A DNA stretch of 64,000 nt from Gallionella sp. (GCA_035654695.1 DASRWG010000001.1:7157-71156), one strand, 5' to 3'. Shown: positions 43,247 through 51,440, counted from the first letter of the stretch. The notes: a model not told the origin generated them from the letters alone. Numbers and translations: made by a program.

Positions 43247-44542
43247 ATGCAAAAAGCCGAAGCGCAACATAACCACGCGCAGCCCGCCGTGCGACAGGGC
43301 AAGGGCGCATCGCTCGAATCGCCGCAGGGCGAACGGATCGCGCAACTCGAAGCGATGGCCGAGAGCAGCCCGCAGGCAGGCAAGCTAGCTCAACTCGCGG
43401 TGATGGTCGATTCCAGTCCGGCGATGGCAGCGCAACGCAAGCTGATTGGGCAGGCACATGGCAGTCCAGCGATGACGGCTCAGAGCAAAGCTGTCAATGG
43501 TATCGCTCAGCGCGCCGAGACTCCGGCCAAGCCGAACAATACCGGCCTGCCGGACAACCTCAAGAGCGGTATCGAGTCGCTCTCCGGCATGTCGATGGAC
43601 AACGTCAAGGTGCATTACAACTCATCGCAGCCGGCGCAACTCAACGCGCTGGCCTATGCGCAGGGCACCGACATCCACGTCGCACCGGGGCAGGAACAGC
43701 ATCTGCCGCATGAGGCTTGGCATGTGGTGCAGCAGGCGCAGGGGAGGGTGAGGCCGACGATGCAGCTGAAGGATGGCGTGCCAGTCAACGACGATGCCGG
43801 GCTGGAGCACGAGGCGGATGTGATGGGAATGAAGGCACTTGAATCACGAAATGGTACTGAGGGAGCCGGCTTCAGCGTGGCGTCCAACCAGCCCCGCCAA
43901 TTGTTCAGTCCCAAATCAAGTGAATTTCCGGTACAGCGTATCGTGTATTTCGCGGACAACAATGGGGAATCTCCTGCATTGGCAGCTCCACCCCAAGGTG
44001 GGGTCGTATGGGTTAGCCCGCTTGGCGATGTAAACAATACGCTTTACGGGACTTCTGCACTTGCCAACCAGGCCGTGCGGGGGCTGCTCGGTGTTGGTGA
44101 CGCTGAGCCAACGGCAGAGGCGGAATGCTATGCAGGTCCCGCCCAGAATGGTCCATATTTTTACTGGTGGGATGATGATCAAGCGCCGACGACAGTGAAA
44201 ATAATGCCGACTCATACCCAAGACGGCACAAACCAGTTATATCGCTTCTCGAATACGGAGGTGTCCGTTTATACGCCTGTCGTGCACAACCATGCGGCCC
44301 AGATACAAGCAGAGAATTCTGGTGCTGCATGGGCAATTTCGGCCAATCCGGCGTTGCCGTACGTTCCTTACCCTAATGCATTGAATCACTACTTGCACAA
44401 ACCTGCAGTAGCAGGATCAATGAAACTCAAGCAAGAAGTCTCCCTGAAGTTAAAAACTGCATCGTCCAAGGGGGAGGACAAGACTTACGCAAAAGACACA
44501 TTCGAAAAGGCGGCCAAGAGTGGAGTTGCATCGCTTGTTTAA
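43247..44542 (+). CDS. DUF4157 effector 2 with an unrecognised C-terminal domain
   Basis: Same DUF4157 core (43529-43835, HEAWH), followed by an unrelated ~230-aa region. Confidence 0.85.
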   Translation: MQKAEAQHNHAQPAVRQGKGASLESPQGERIAQLEAMAESSPQAGKLAQLAVMVDSSPAMAAQRKLIGQAHGSPAMTAQSKAVNGIAQRAETPAKPNNTGLPDNLKSGIESLSGMSMDNVKVHYNSSQPAQLNALAYAQGTDIHVAPGQEQHLPHEAWHVVQQAQGRVRPTMQLKDGVPVNDDAGLEHEADVMGMKALESRNGTEGAGFSVASNQPRQLFSPKSSEFPVQRIVYFADNNGESPALAAPPQGGVVWVSPLGDVNNTLYGTSALANQAVRGLLGVGDAEPTAEAECYAGPAQNGPYFYWWDDDQAPTTVKIMPTHTQDGTNQLYRFSNTEVSVYTPVVHNHAAQIQAENSGAAWAISANPALPYVPYPNALNHYLHKPAVAGSMKLKQEVSLKLKTASSKGEDKTYAKDTFEKAAKSGVASLV

Positions 44543-44590
44543 TGTATGGGTACAGAAATATCGAAGACTCGACAATAGGGAAAGATATAA

Positions 44591-46438
44591 ATGCCAAACA
44601 GTGCACGCGCAGCATTGCACCTGACCAACGATCCCATCATCTCTAAAAGCCAGAACGAGAGTCTGGCGCGGATGGTGCGGAACGTTCACGAGAAATGCTT
44701 TAAAGCGGGAGAGACGATCTACAAGGCGCATGCCGATGCCGACACGCTTTACCTGATCGAGAGCGGGACGGTGGAACTGGTCACGCCTGAGGGCAAGCGC
44801 GTGACGATGGACGGGACGCGCTTCGGTGAGGAGGCTGCGACGGATGTGCCTTGCTATCTTTCCGACGCCGTTGCGGTCACCGATGTGGTCGCGTTCAGCG
44901 TGCCGCGCACCAGCTTGATCGGGCTGAACCAGTACAACCCGGGACACAAGGCGGAGTTCTATTTTTCGCTGTTGGCGAATTTCGGCGGGGAGGAGGTGCG
45001 TCGCGCATCGACGGCGCAGTCCGCGCGCCACAAGCCGAAGGAGCGCGATGGCATCGAGGCGTTCGGTTGGGCGCTGGCGATCCTGATTCCGCTGGGGATC
45101 ATGATGTTCGCGGGCGACTGGGGCGTCGGGCGCGAGGTGAAGACCTTCCTCGCGATTTTCAGCGCGGCGATCGTGATGTGGGTGTTCGAGCTCGTCGATG
45201 AGTTCATCCCCGGATTGTTCGCGGTGCTGATGATCCTCGCGATGGGGCTCGCGCCGCCCAAGGTGGTGTTGGGCGGCTTCGCCTCCGACGGCTTCTTCAT
45301 GGCGATGAGCATTCTCGGGCTGGGCACCGTGGTGGTGTATTCCGGGCTGAGTTTCCGCTGCCTGTTGTGGCTGCTGCGCTACCTGCCCGGTACGAACATC
45401 GGACACAACTTCGGCCTGCTGTTCACAGGCTACCTGATTAATCCGGTGATCCCTTCGATCAACGCTCGCACGGTGATGATGGCGCCGTTCCTGATCGACA
45501 TGGTGGAGACGGTGAAATTCCATTTGCGCGGCAAGGCGGCGACGCGGCTGGCGATTGCGGCCTTTACCGGGGCGACGCTGTTCTCGGCGACTTTCCTGAC
45601 CAGCCGTTCGATCAACTTCGTGATCTACGGCATGCTGTCACCACAGGAGCAGCAGCATTTCTCGTGGATCTACTGGCTGTTCTCGACCTCGGTCGCGGCC
45701 ATTGCGATGCTGGCGTTGTACCTGATCGCGGTCAAGCTGATGTTCGGCAGCGCGGAGAAGCCACAATTGTCGAAGCAGCAGGTCAATGTCCAGATGCAGT
45801 TGCTGGGGAAAATCAAGCAGCGCGAGTGGGCCGCCATCGCCGGCATCGTGCTGTTTACCATCGGCATCGTCACCACCTCCATCCACAATATCCAGCCGCC
45901 GTGGATGGGCATGGCGATACTCTACGGTCTGCTGCTGTTCGGTTTCCTGAGCCGTAGCGAGTTCAAGGAGAAGACCGACTGGCCGGGACTGGTCTATCTC
46001 GGCACACTGATCGGCGTCATCGCTACGTTCAACTATCTCGGGCTGGACAAGTGGCTGACCGCCGAACTCTCAGTGCTGGGCGAGGTGTTGAGCAAGAGTT
46101 TCGGCCTGTTCGTCGCGCTGCTCTTCGTGGTGATCTTCGTGATGCGGCTGGCCTTCCCGAATACCGCGACCATTGCCATCTGCGCGACCATTTTCATGCC
46201 GGTTGCAAGCCAGGCCGGTGTGAATCCCTGGGTAATCGGCTTCATTCTGCTGCTGCTCGGCGACATGTGGGTCTTCCCCTACCAGTGCCCGCATTACCAG
46301 CAGTTCCAGGAACTGGTGCGCGAGAAGCGCATATACGACGAGGGGATGTTCCTCAAATTTAACATGCTGATGAATTTTGTCCGGCTGGCCGGTATTTATG
46401 CCGCGATTCCGTTCTGGGCTGCGCTGGGGTTGCTATGA
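44591..46438 (+). CDS. cyclic-nucleotide-binding-like domain fused to an SLC13/DASS-family permease
   Basis: F..GETIY.....AD.LYLIESG.V...FGEEA (cNMP fold), then ~12 hydrophobic helices with DASS-like signatures (IF..A..MW...,P...AR...M.P,...S...F.T....N). Confidence 0.82.
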   Translation: MPNSARAALHLTNDPIISKSQNESLARMVRNVHEKCFKAGETIYKAHADADTLYLIESGTVELVTPEGKRVTMDGTRFGEEAATDVPCYLSDAVAVTDVVAFSVPRTSLIGLNQYNPGHKAEFYFSLLANFGGEEVRRASTAQSARHKPKERDGIEAFGWALAILIPLGIMMFAGDWGVGREVKTFLAIFSAAIVMWVFELVDEFIPGLFAVLMILAMGLAPPKVVLGGFASDGFFMAMSILGLGTVVVYSGLSFRCLLWLLRYLPGTNIGHNFGLLFTGYLINPVIPSINARTVMMAPFLIDMVETVKFHLRGKAATRLAIAAFTGATLFSATFLTSRSINFVIYGMLSPQEQQHFSWIYWLFSTSVAAIAMLALYLIAVKLMFGSAEKPQLSKQQVNVQMQLLGKIKQREWAAIAGIVLFTIGIVTTSIHNIQPPWMGMAILYGLLLFGFLSRSEFKEKTDWPGLVYLGTLIGVIATFNYLGLDKWLTAELSVLGEVLSKSFGLFVALLFVVIFVMRLAFPNTATIAICATIFMPVASQAGVNPWVIGFILLLLGDMWVFPYQCPHYQQFQELVREKRIYDEGMFLKFNMLMNFVRLAGIYAAIPFWAALGLL

Positions 46439-47466
46439 CGAAAAAACTGAAAAACTGGCTGGTGGTCGCATTCCTGCTGCTGGTCGTCTTCCTGCTGTTC
46501 TGGTTCAAGGCGACGCAGCCCAGGGTGCTGGTGATACATAGCTACGACCCTGACTATGCATGGACGCGGGATGTCGATACCGGTCTCCATCGAGTGTTCG
46601 ATAGCAACCTGCACCATAAGGTCCAGTGGCACTACATGAACACCAAGAAACATCCTGACGCCGAATTCAAGCGCCGGGCGGGCATGCTCGCTACGCGTGA
46701 GATCGAGCGTTTTCGTCCCGACGTGATTATCGCGGTCGACGACGATGCGCAGAAATATGCAGTGAAGGAATACGCCAAAGACCCTAAGGTCAGGATCGTG
46801 TTCGGCGGCCTCAACGGTTCCGCAGTGCCATACAACTACCACCTCTCGAAGAACGCGACCGGTATCTACGAACGCAAGCCGCTCGGCAGCTTGCTCAGCA
46901 TGTTGTCCGAGGTGCGCGACGGGGCGGGAATGCCGCTCGGGAAACGCATCGTTCACATCGGGGATCGATCCGATTCCGTCATGGAAGACAGCAAGGCCAT
47001 CGAGTCCATGGACTGGACGCCATTCCGGCTGGTTGCCTCGATGCACGCCGGCACTCTGGACGAATGGAAGCGCGCCGTTCTGGAGGCTTCGGAAAAGGGC
47101 GACTTGATCCTCATCTCGAATTACCAGAATGTCCTGCGGCAGGACGGAAAAGACGGTTTCGTGCCGCCCGCCGAACTCATGGAGTGGACCGAAGCCAATT
47201 CCCGTATACCCGTGGTCGGGATGGGCGGCTTCATGGTGGAAGACGGCGGCATGCTCGCCGTGGGCGCTTCCGGCTTCGAACAGGGCGACGTGATCGCGCG
47301 CATGACCATGAGGATACTGGATGAGGAAATCAGTCCCGGCGACATTCCGCACGTCATGCCGCGCCAGTACCTGGTCTACATGCGCCAGGCGGTGATGGAG
47401 AAACGGGGGCTCAAGCTGCCGGATATCTACGAGGCGTTTTCGCGGGCGTCGAACAACTATCATTGA
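46435..47466 (+). CDS. membrane-anchored ABC-type substrate-binding-like (sensor-like) periplasmic protein
   Basis: N-terminal TM; RVLVIHSYDPDYAWT; PDVIIAVDDDAQ; IVFGG.N; PV.G...F.V..GG.L.V.....EQG...A. ATGA overlap with the permease. Confidence 0.78.
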   Translation: MTKKLKNWLVVAFLLLVVFLLFWFKATQPRVLVIHSYDPDYAWTRDVDTGLHRVFDSNLHHKVQWHYMNTKKHPDAEFKRRAGMLATREIERFRPDVIIAVDDDAQKYAVKEYAKDPKVRIVFGGLNGSAVPYNYHLSKNATGIYERKPLGSLLSMLSEVRDGAGMPLGKRIVHIGDRSDSVMEDSKAIESMDWTPFRLVASMHAGTLDEWKRAVLEASEKGDLILISNYQNVLRQDGKDGFVPPAELMEWTEANSRIPVVGMGGFMVEDGGMLAVGASGFEQGDVIARMTMRILDEEISPGDIPHVMPRQYLVYMRQAVMEKRGLKLPDIYEAFSRASNNYH

Positions 47467-47511
47467 AGATCAGTCCGCTTTCGCTAACGGGAGCATACGG
47501 GGGAGAGGTAT

Positions 47512-48960
47512 ATGCAAAAAGCCGAACCGCAACAAAAGCCAATTCAGAACCAATCCGCCCAGCGGCAGGGGCATGGCGTCTCGCTCGAATCTCCGCAGGG
47601 CGAACGGATCGCGCAACTCGAAGCGATGGCAGCGAGCAGTTCCCAGACGGGCAGGTTGGCGCAGCTCGCGGGGATGGCGAACACCAGCCCGCGCATGGCC
47701 GCGCAACGCAAGGCGATCCGCGCCATTCACAACAGTCCGAACGTGACCGCGCAGCGGCAACAGATCGACAGCCTTACCGGGGGAACCGCGCAGCGCAAGG
47801 AGGCGGAAGAGCCGCTGCAAGCAAAAGTCGCACAGCGCGAAGCCGCGCCTGTCAAACCGAATAACACCGGCCTGCCCGACAACCTCAAGTCCGGCATCGA
47901 GAATCTTTCCGGCATGTCCATGGACAACGTGAAGGTCCACTACAACTCATCGCAGCCTGCGCAACTCAATGCGCTGGCCTACGCGCAAGGGGCCGATATT
48001 CACGTTGCACCCGGACAGGAGCAGCACCTGCCGCATGAGGCCTGGCACGTGGTGCAGCAGGTGCAGGGGCGCGTGCAGCCGACGATGCAGATGAAGGAAG
48101 GAGTCCCGGTCAACGACGATGCAGGTCTGGAGCGCGAGGCGGATGTGATGGGGGCGAAAGCAGTCTCAGTTGGAGCGGTGCAAGCGAAACGATCAATCGA
48201 GTCTGCCCCCATTGATGCAAAACTTGACCTCATTAATACACCAGCTAGGAATCACGACTACAACCTCCAGTTATTTCACAACAATACCCATGCACCTGTT
48301 GTTCAGCGTATAGGTCCCAGCTATATTCCAAAGGAAGATGGACCCAATGCATTTATCGATCAAGCCCCGGCAACAGCAGGAGTAGTCTCCTTTGACAATG
48401 TCGCAGATGCATTTTATGCAGGATTACCGAGTGAACATGTCAGTGAAATTGAAATTATTGGTGGAATAGACACTTACGCCAATGATGCTGGAGGCGGTGA
48501 TGTTGTACGGACAGGAGACGTCAATCCGGTAATTGGACAAATTGATCACATCGTTCCACGCTCGCGTGGTGGTGGTACTTCATTTCGCAACGCGCAATTA
48601 GTGGATGCGCCAACAAATAATGCTAAAAACGATGCCTATCCTTGTCCAATCAGTAATCTCAACGGTACGCGGGTGTTTCTTGGAACATCCAAATGGAATA
48701 TGCCAGCAGGTACCATCCTTGCGACAGATTTCGCGTCGCAAAGAATACAAATTTTGGAAAATGCGCGTGTGCCAAAAAATCTGGGAGTCACATTGTATGA
48801 AACAGCCGGGGCCGGACAGGGGACGCAAATTACTGCTGAGACTCAGACTGCAGCGCGAAATCATTATGTACCGGAGAACGATACTGAACTTCAGTGGTTA
48901 AGCTACGACGAAGCACGCGCGAACGGACTTGCTCCAGGCGAAGGAGGACCGTTGGCCTAA
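47512..48960 (+). CDS. DUF4157 effector 3 with an HNH endonuclease motif
   Basis: DUF4157 core at 47854-48160; C-terminal QIDHIVPRSRGGGTSFRNAQLVDAPTNNAKND. Confidence 0.85.
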   Translation: MQKAEPQQKPIQNQSAQRQGHGVSLESPQGERIAQLEAMAASSSQTGRLAQLAGMANTSPRMAAQRKAIRAIHNSPNVTAQRQQIDSLTGGTAQRKEAEEPLQAKVAQREAAPVKPNNTGLPDNLKSGIENLSGMSMDNVKVHYNSSQPAQLNALAYAQGADIHVAPGQEQHLPHEAWHVVQQVQGRVQPTMQMKEGVPVNDDAGLEREADVMGAKAVSVGAVQAKRSIESAPIDAKLDLINTPARNHDYNLQLFHNNTHAPVVQRIGPSYIPKEDGPNAFIDQAPATAGVVSFDNVADAFYAGLPSEHVSEIEIIGGIDTYANDAGGGDVVRTGDVNPVIGQIDHIVPRSRGGGTSFRNAQLVDAPTNNAKNDAYPCPISNLNGTRVFLGTSKWNMPAGTILATDFASQRIQILENARVPKNLGVTLYETAGAGQGTQITAETQTAARNHYVPENDTELQWLSYDEARANGLAPGEGGPLA

Positions 48961-48987
48961 ATTGACGTTGAACTAAGCCGCTTCACA

Positions 48988-49021
48988 CGGTGGTTGGGGG
49001 AAACCAACCACCGCGTTGTTG
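48988..49021 (+). terminator. hairpin after effector 3
   Basis: CGGTGGTTGG-GGGAAA-CCAACCACCG, perfect 10-bp stem followed by CGTTGTTG. Confidence 0.6.
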
Positions 49022-49148
49022 TCTGTAAAAATCGATGGGGTCAGACTCCATTGAACGTGGCCAACAAAACGACAAAAATAACCAAGCGGCCTATCGATCC
49101 GATCATCTCCATCGATTCACGAGATTATTCAAGACAAGACTACATCAC

Positions 49149-49292
49149 ATGCAAAACAATCAAGAAAAACAAGTCAGGCTGCCATGCCCGAATTGCGGCA
49201 TACAGATTCAGGTTTGGGGTGCGCATCTGCTTTATGCGCAGACAATTCGTTGCGATGCATGCGGGGTGGAACTGGCGCTGGATAAGGAATAA
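49149..49292 (+). CDS. 47-aa zinc-ribbon-like small protein
   Basis: MQNNQEKQVRLPCPNCG...IRCDACGVELALDKE, two CxxC motifs. Confidence 0.55.
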   Translation: MQNNQEKQVRLPCPNCGIQIQVWGAHLLYAQTIRCDACGVELALDKE

Positions 49293-49380
49293 TCGGGTTC
49301 CGCGCTCGATGCGTTGGGAGATCGGATGACTGGGGCCGGACACCATTGATTCCGCGAAACAGAATTTTCAGGAGGGATAA

Positions 49381-49770
49381 ATGGGCCAGCAAGTCTGCAT
49401 GAACGCCGTGATGCAATGCAGTTTCGGCATGGCGCCGAGCTCGCTGATGGTGTTACCCAAGAACCGGGTGATGACGGGCAATGTGCCGGATGCAAACATC
49501 ATGGACAACATTCCGTTCGTTAATATTCTGCCGTTCGGGATGTGCCAGAGTTTGGCCAACCCCGCGGTGGCGGCGGCGACTGCGGCGGCTTTGGGGGTGT
49601 TGACGCCGATGCCATGCACGCCGATGACGGCTGCGCCCTGGGCACCGGGCTGCGCGACGGTGATGATCGCCAACATGCCCGCGCTGAACAATTCTTCCAA
49701 GCTGATGTGTTCGTTCGGCGGGGTGATCTCGATCAACTTTGCCGGGCAGGCGACGGTTAATATTCCGTGA
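49381..49770 (+). CDS. DUF4280 PAAR-like spike-tip protein
   Basis: A..QCSFG.APS.L.V; ANIMD..P..NI.PFG.C.S.ANP.VA; PC.P....PW.PG; L....KLMC..GG.I. GGAGG SD. Confidence 0.9.
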   Translation: MGQQVCMNAVMQCSFGMAPSSLMVLPKNRVMTGNVPDANIMDNIPFVNILPFGMCQSLANPAVAAATAAALGVLTPMPCTPMTAAPWAPGCATVMIANMPALNNSSKLMCSFGGVISINFAGQATVNIP

Positions 49771-49952
49771 TAGTGGGCGCGTGAGCTGGATCTCCTTTGG
49801 AATTAACCGCAGTTAAACGAAGGTATCGCAGCCGGTTTGTTGGCATGAATCGCACTGCAAATCGGAGTCGCGGCGGTCAATAGCCTATAATGCTGAAGCG
49901 GCATCGCTATTGGTGATTTCATTGGGCATGGGTTATCATGCCGCCTCGCCGA

Positions 49953-49980
49953 GGAGGTTCGAATCTTCTCGTCCCGATCA
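49953..49980 (+). repeat. degenerate att-like copy of the tRNA-Pro 3' end
   Basis: 25/28 identity to 11001-11028; all three differences are C>T. Confidence 0.85.
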
Positions 49981-50040
49981 ACTGAAATCCCAGACAACAT
50001 CTCAACTTTTCCGGCATTCCCGAATGCTCTTCACCAGCCG

Positions 50041-50787
50041 ATGCGCATCCTGATCAGCAATGACGACGGTTATTTCGCACCCGGCTTGGCCTGTCTGGCC
50101 GAACATCTTTCCTATGTCGCAGAAGTCGTCGTTGTCGCACCGGAGCGCGACCGTTCGGGCGCATCCAATTCGTTGACGCTGGATAGGCCGCTCAAGCTGC
50201 GCAAGGCTGCCAGCGGTTTCTATTACGTCAACGGCACGCCGACGGACTGCGTGCACCTGGCCGTCACCGGCATGCTGGACTATCAGCCGGATATGGTTGT
50301 CTCGGGCATCAATGCCGGGGCGAACATGGGCGACGACACGATCTATTCCGGCACCGTGGCCGCGGCGACCGAGGGATTCCTGCTCGGCATTCCTTCCATC
50401 GCCGTCTCGCTGGTCGGCAAGGAACTTGTCCATTACGAGACCGCCGCGCGGGTCGCGACCGGGCTGGTGCAGCGCTTCGCTGCGCAGACCCACAGCCATC
50501 CCTGGCTGCTGAACGTGAACGTGCCGGATATTCCTTACGAAGACTTGCAAGGTATCGAAGTGACTCGCCTCGGCAAGCGCCACAAGGCCGAGCCGGTGAT
50601 CAAGGCCAACAACCCGCACGGCGAGACCGTGTACTGGGTGGGTGCTGCCGGCAAGGCGCAGGATGCGGGTGAGGGCACGGACTTCAATGCGTTGGCTCAG
50701 CAGCGCGCTTCGGTTACGCCGTTGCAGATCGACCTGACGCAGTACGCTCAGATCGACGCGGTGCGCGATTGGATGGGGCCGCGATGA
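50041..50787 (+). CDS. surE: 5'/3'-nucleotidase SurE
   Basis: [56 protein letters not shown]. Confidence 0.98.
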   Translation: MRILISNDDGYFAPGLACLAEHLSYVAEVVVVAPERDRSGASNSLTLDRPLKLRKAASGFYYVNGTPTDCVHLAVTGMLDYQPDMVVSGINAGANMGDDTIYSGTVAAATEGFLLGIPSIAVSLVGKELVHYETAARVATGLVQRFAAQTHSHPWLLNVNVPDIPYEDLQGIEVTRLGKRHKAEPVIKANNPHGETVYWVGAAGKAQDAGEGTDFNALAQQRASVTPLQIDLTQYAQIDAVRDWMGPR

Positions 50788-51440
50788 GCGCGAGGATCAA
50801 CGGCATCGGCATGACTTCGCAGCGCACCCGGATGCGCATGATCGAGCGCCTGCGCGAGCAGGGCGTCAAGGACGAGGTGGTGCTGGCGGCGATGTTCGAG
50901 ACGCCGCGCCACCTGTTCATCGACGAGGCGCTGGCCAGCCGCGCCTATGACGACGTGTCGCTGCCGATCAACTACAACCAGACCATCTCCCAGCCCTATA
51001 TCGTCGCGCGCATGATCGAGATCATGCGCAACGGCAAGCAGCTCAACCGCGTGCTGGAGGTCGGCACCGGCTGCGGCTACCAGGCCGCGGTGCTGTCCCC
51101 GGTGGCGAAGGAAGTCTATACCGTCGAGCGCATCCAGCCGCTGTACGAGCGGGCGCGCCGCCAGTTGCGCGACCTGAAGCTGCGCAACGTCAGCGTGCGC
51201 TATGCCGACGGCACCGCGGGCTTGCCGGAGCTTGGCCCGTTCGACGGTATCATCATGGCTTGCGCCGCGCCGGCCTTGTCCGCCGTGCTGCGCGAGCAGC
51301 TGGCGGTCGGCGGCAGGATGGTGATCCCGGTCGGGATGCAGGAGCAATGGCTGTACCTGGTCGAACGCGACGAGCGCGGTTTCCGCGAGACCCGGCTGGA
51401 ACCGGTGAAGTTCGTGCCATTGTTAATGGGAAAAGCATAA
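50784..51440 (+). CDS. pcm: protein-L-isoaspartate O-methyltransferase
   Basis: [41 protein letters not shown]; follows surE. Confidence 0.97.
   Translation: MSARINGIGMTSQRTRMRMIERLREQGVKDEVVLAAMFETPRHLFIDEALASRAYDDVSLPINYNQTISQPYIVARMIEIMRNGKQLNRVLEVGTGCGYQAAVLSPVAKEVYTVERIQPLYERARRQLRDLKLRNVSVRYADGTAGLPELGPFDGIIMACAAPALSAVLREQLAVGGRMVIPVGMQEQWLYLVERDERGFRETRLEPVKFVPLLMGKA

Noticed and set aside
49841-49860. sigma54 promoter-like TGGCATG...GC
   Set aside because: GG-to-GC spacing does not fit the -24/-12 consensus.
49900-49980. A second full tRNA gene before surE
   Set aside because: Only the T-arm and 3' acceptor strand match; no D-arm, anticodon arm or complementary 5' strand, and it ends in ATCA rather than ACCA. 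Treated as an att remnant.
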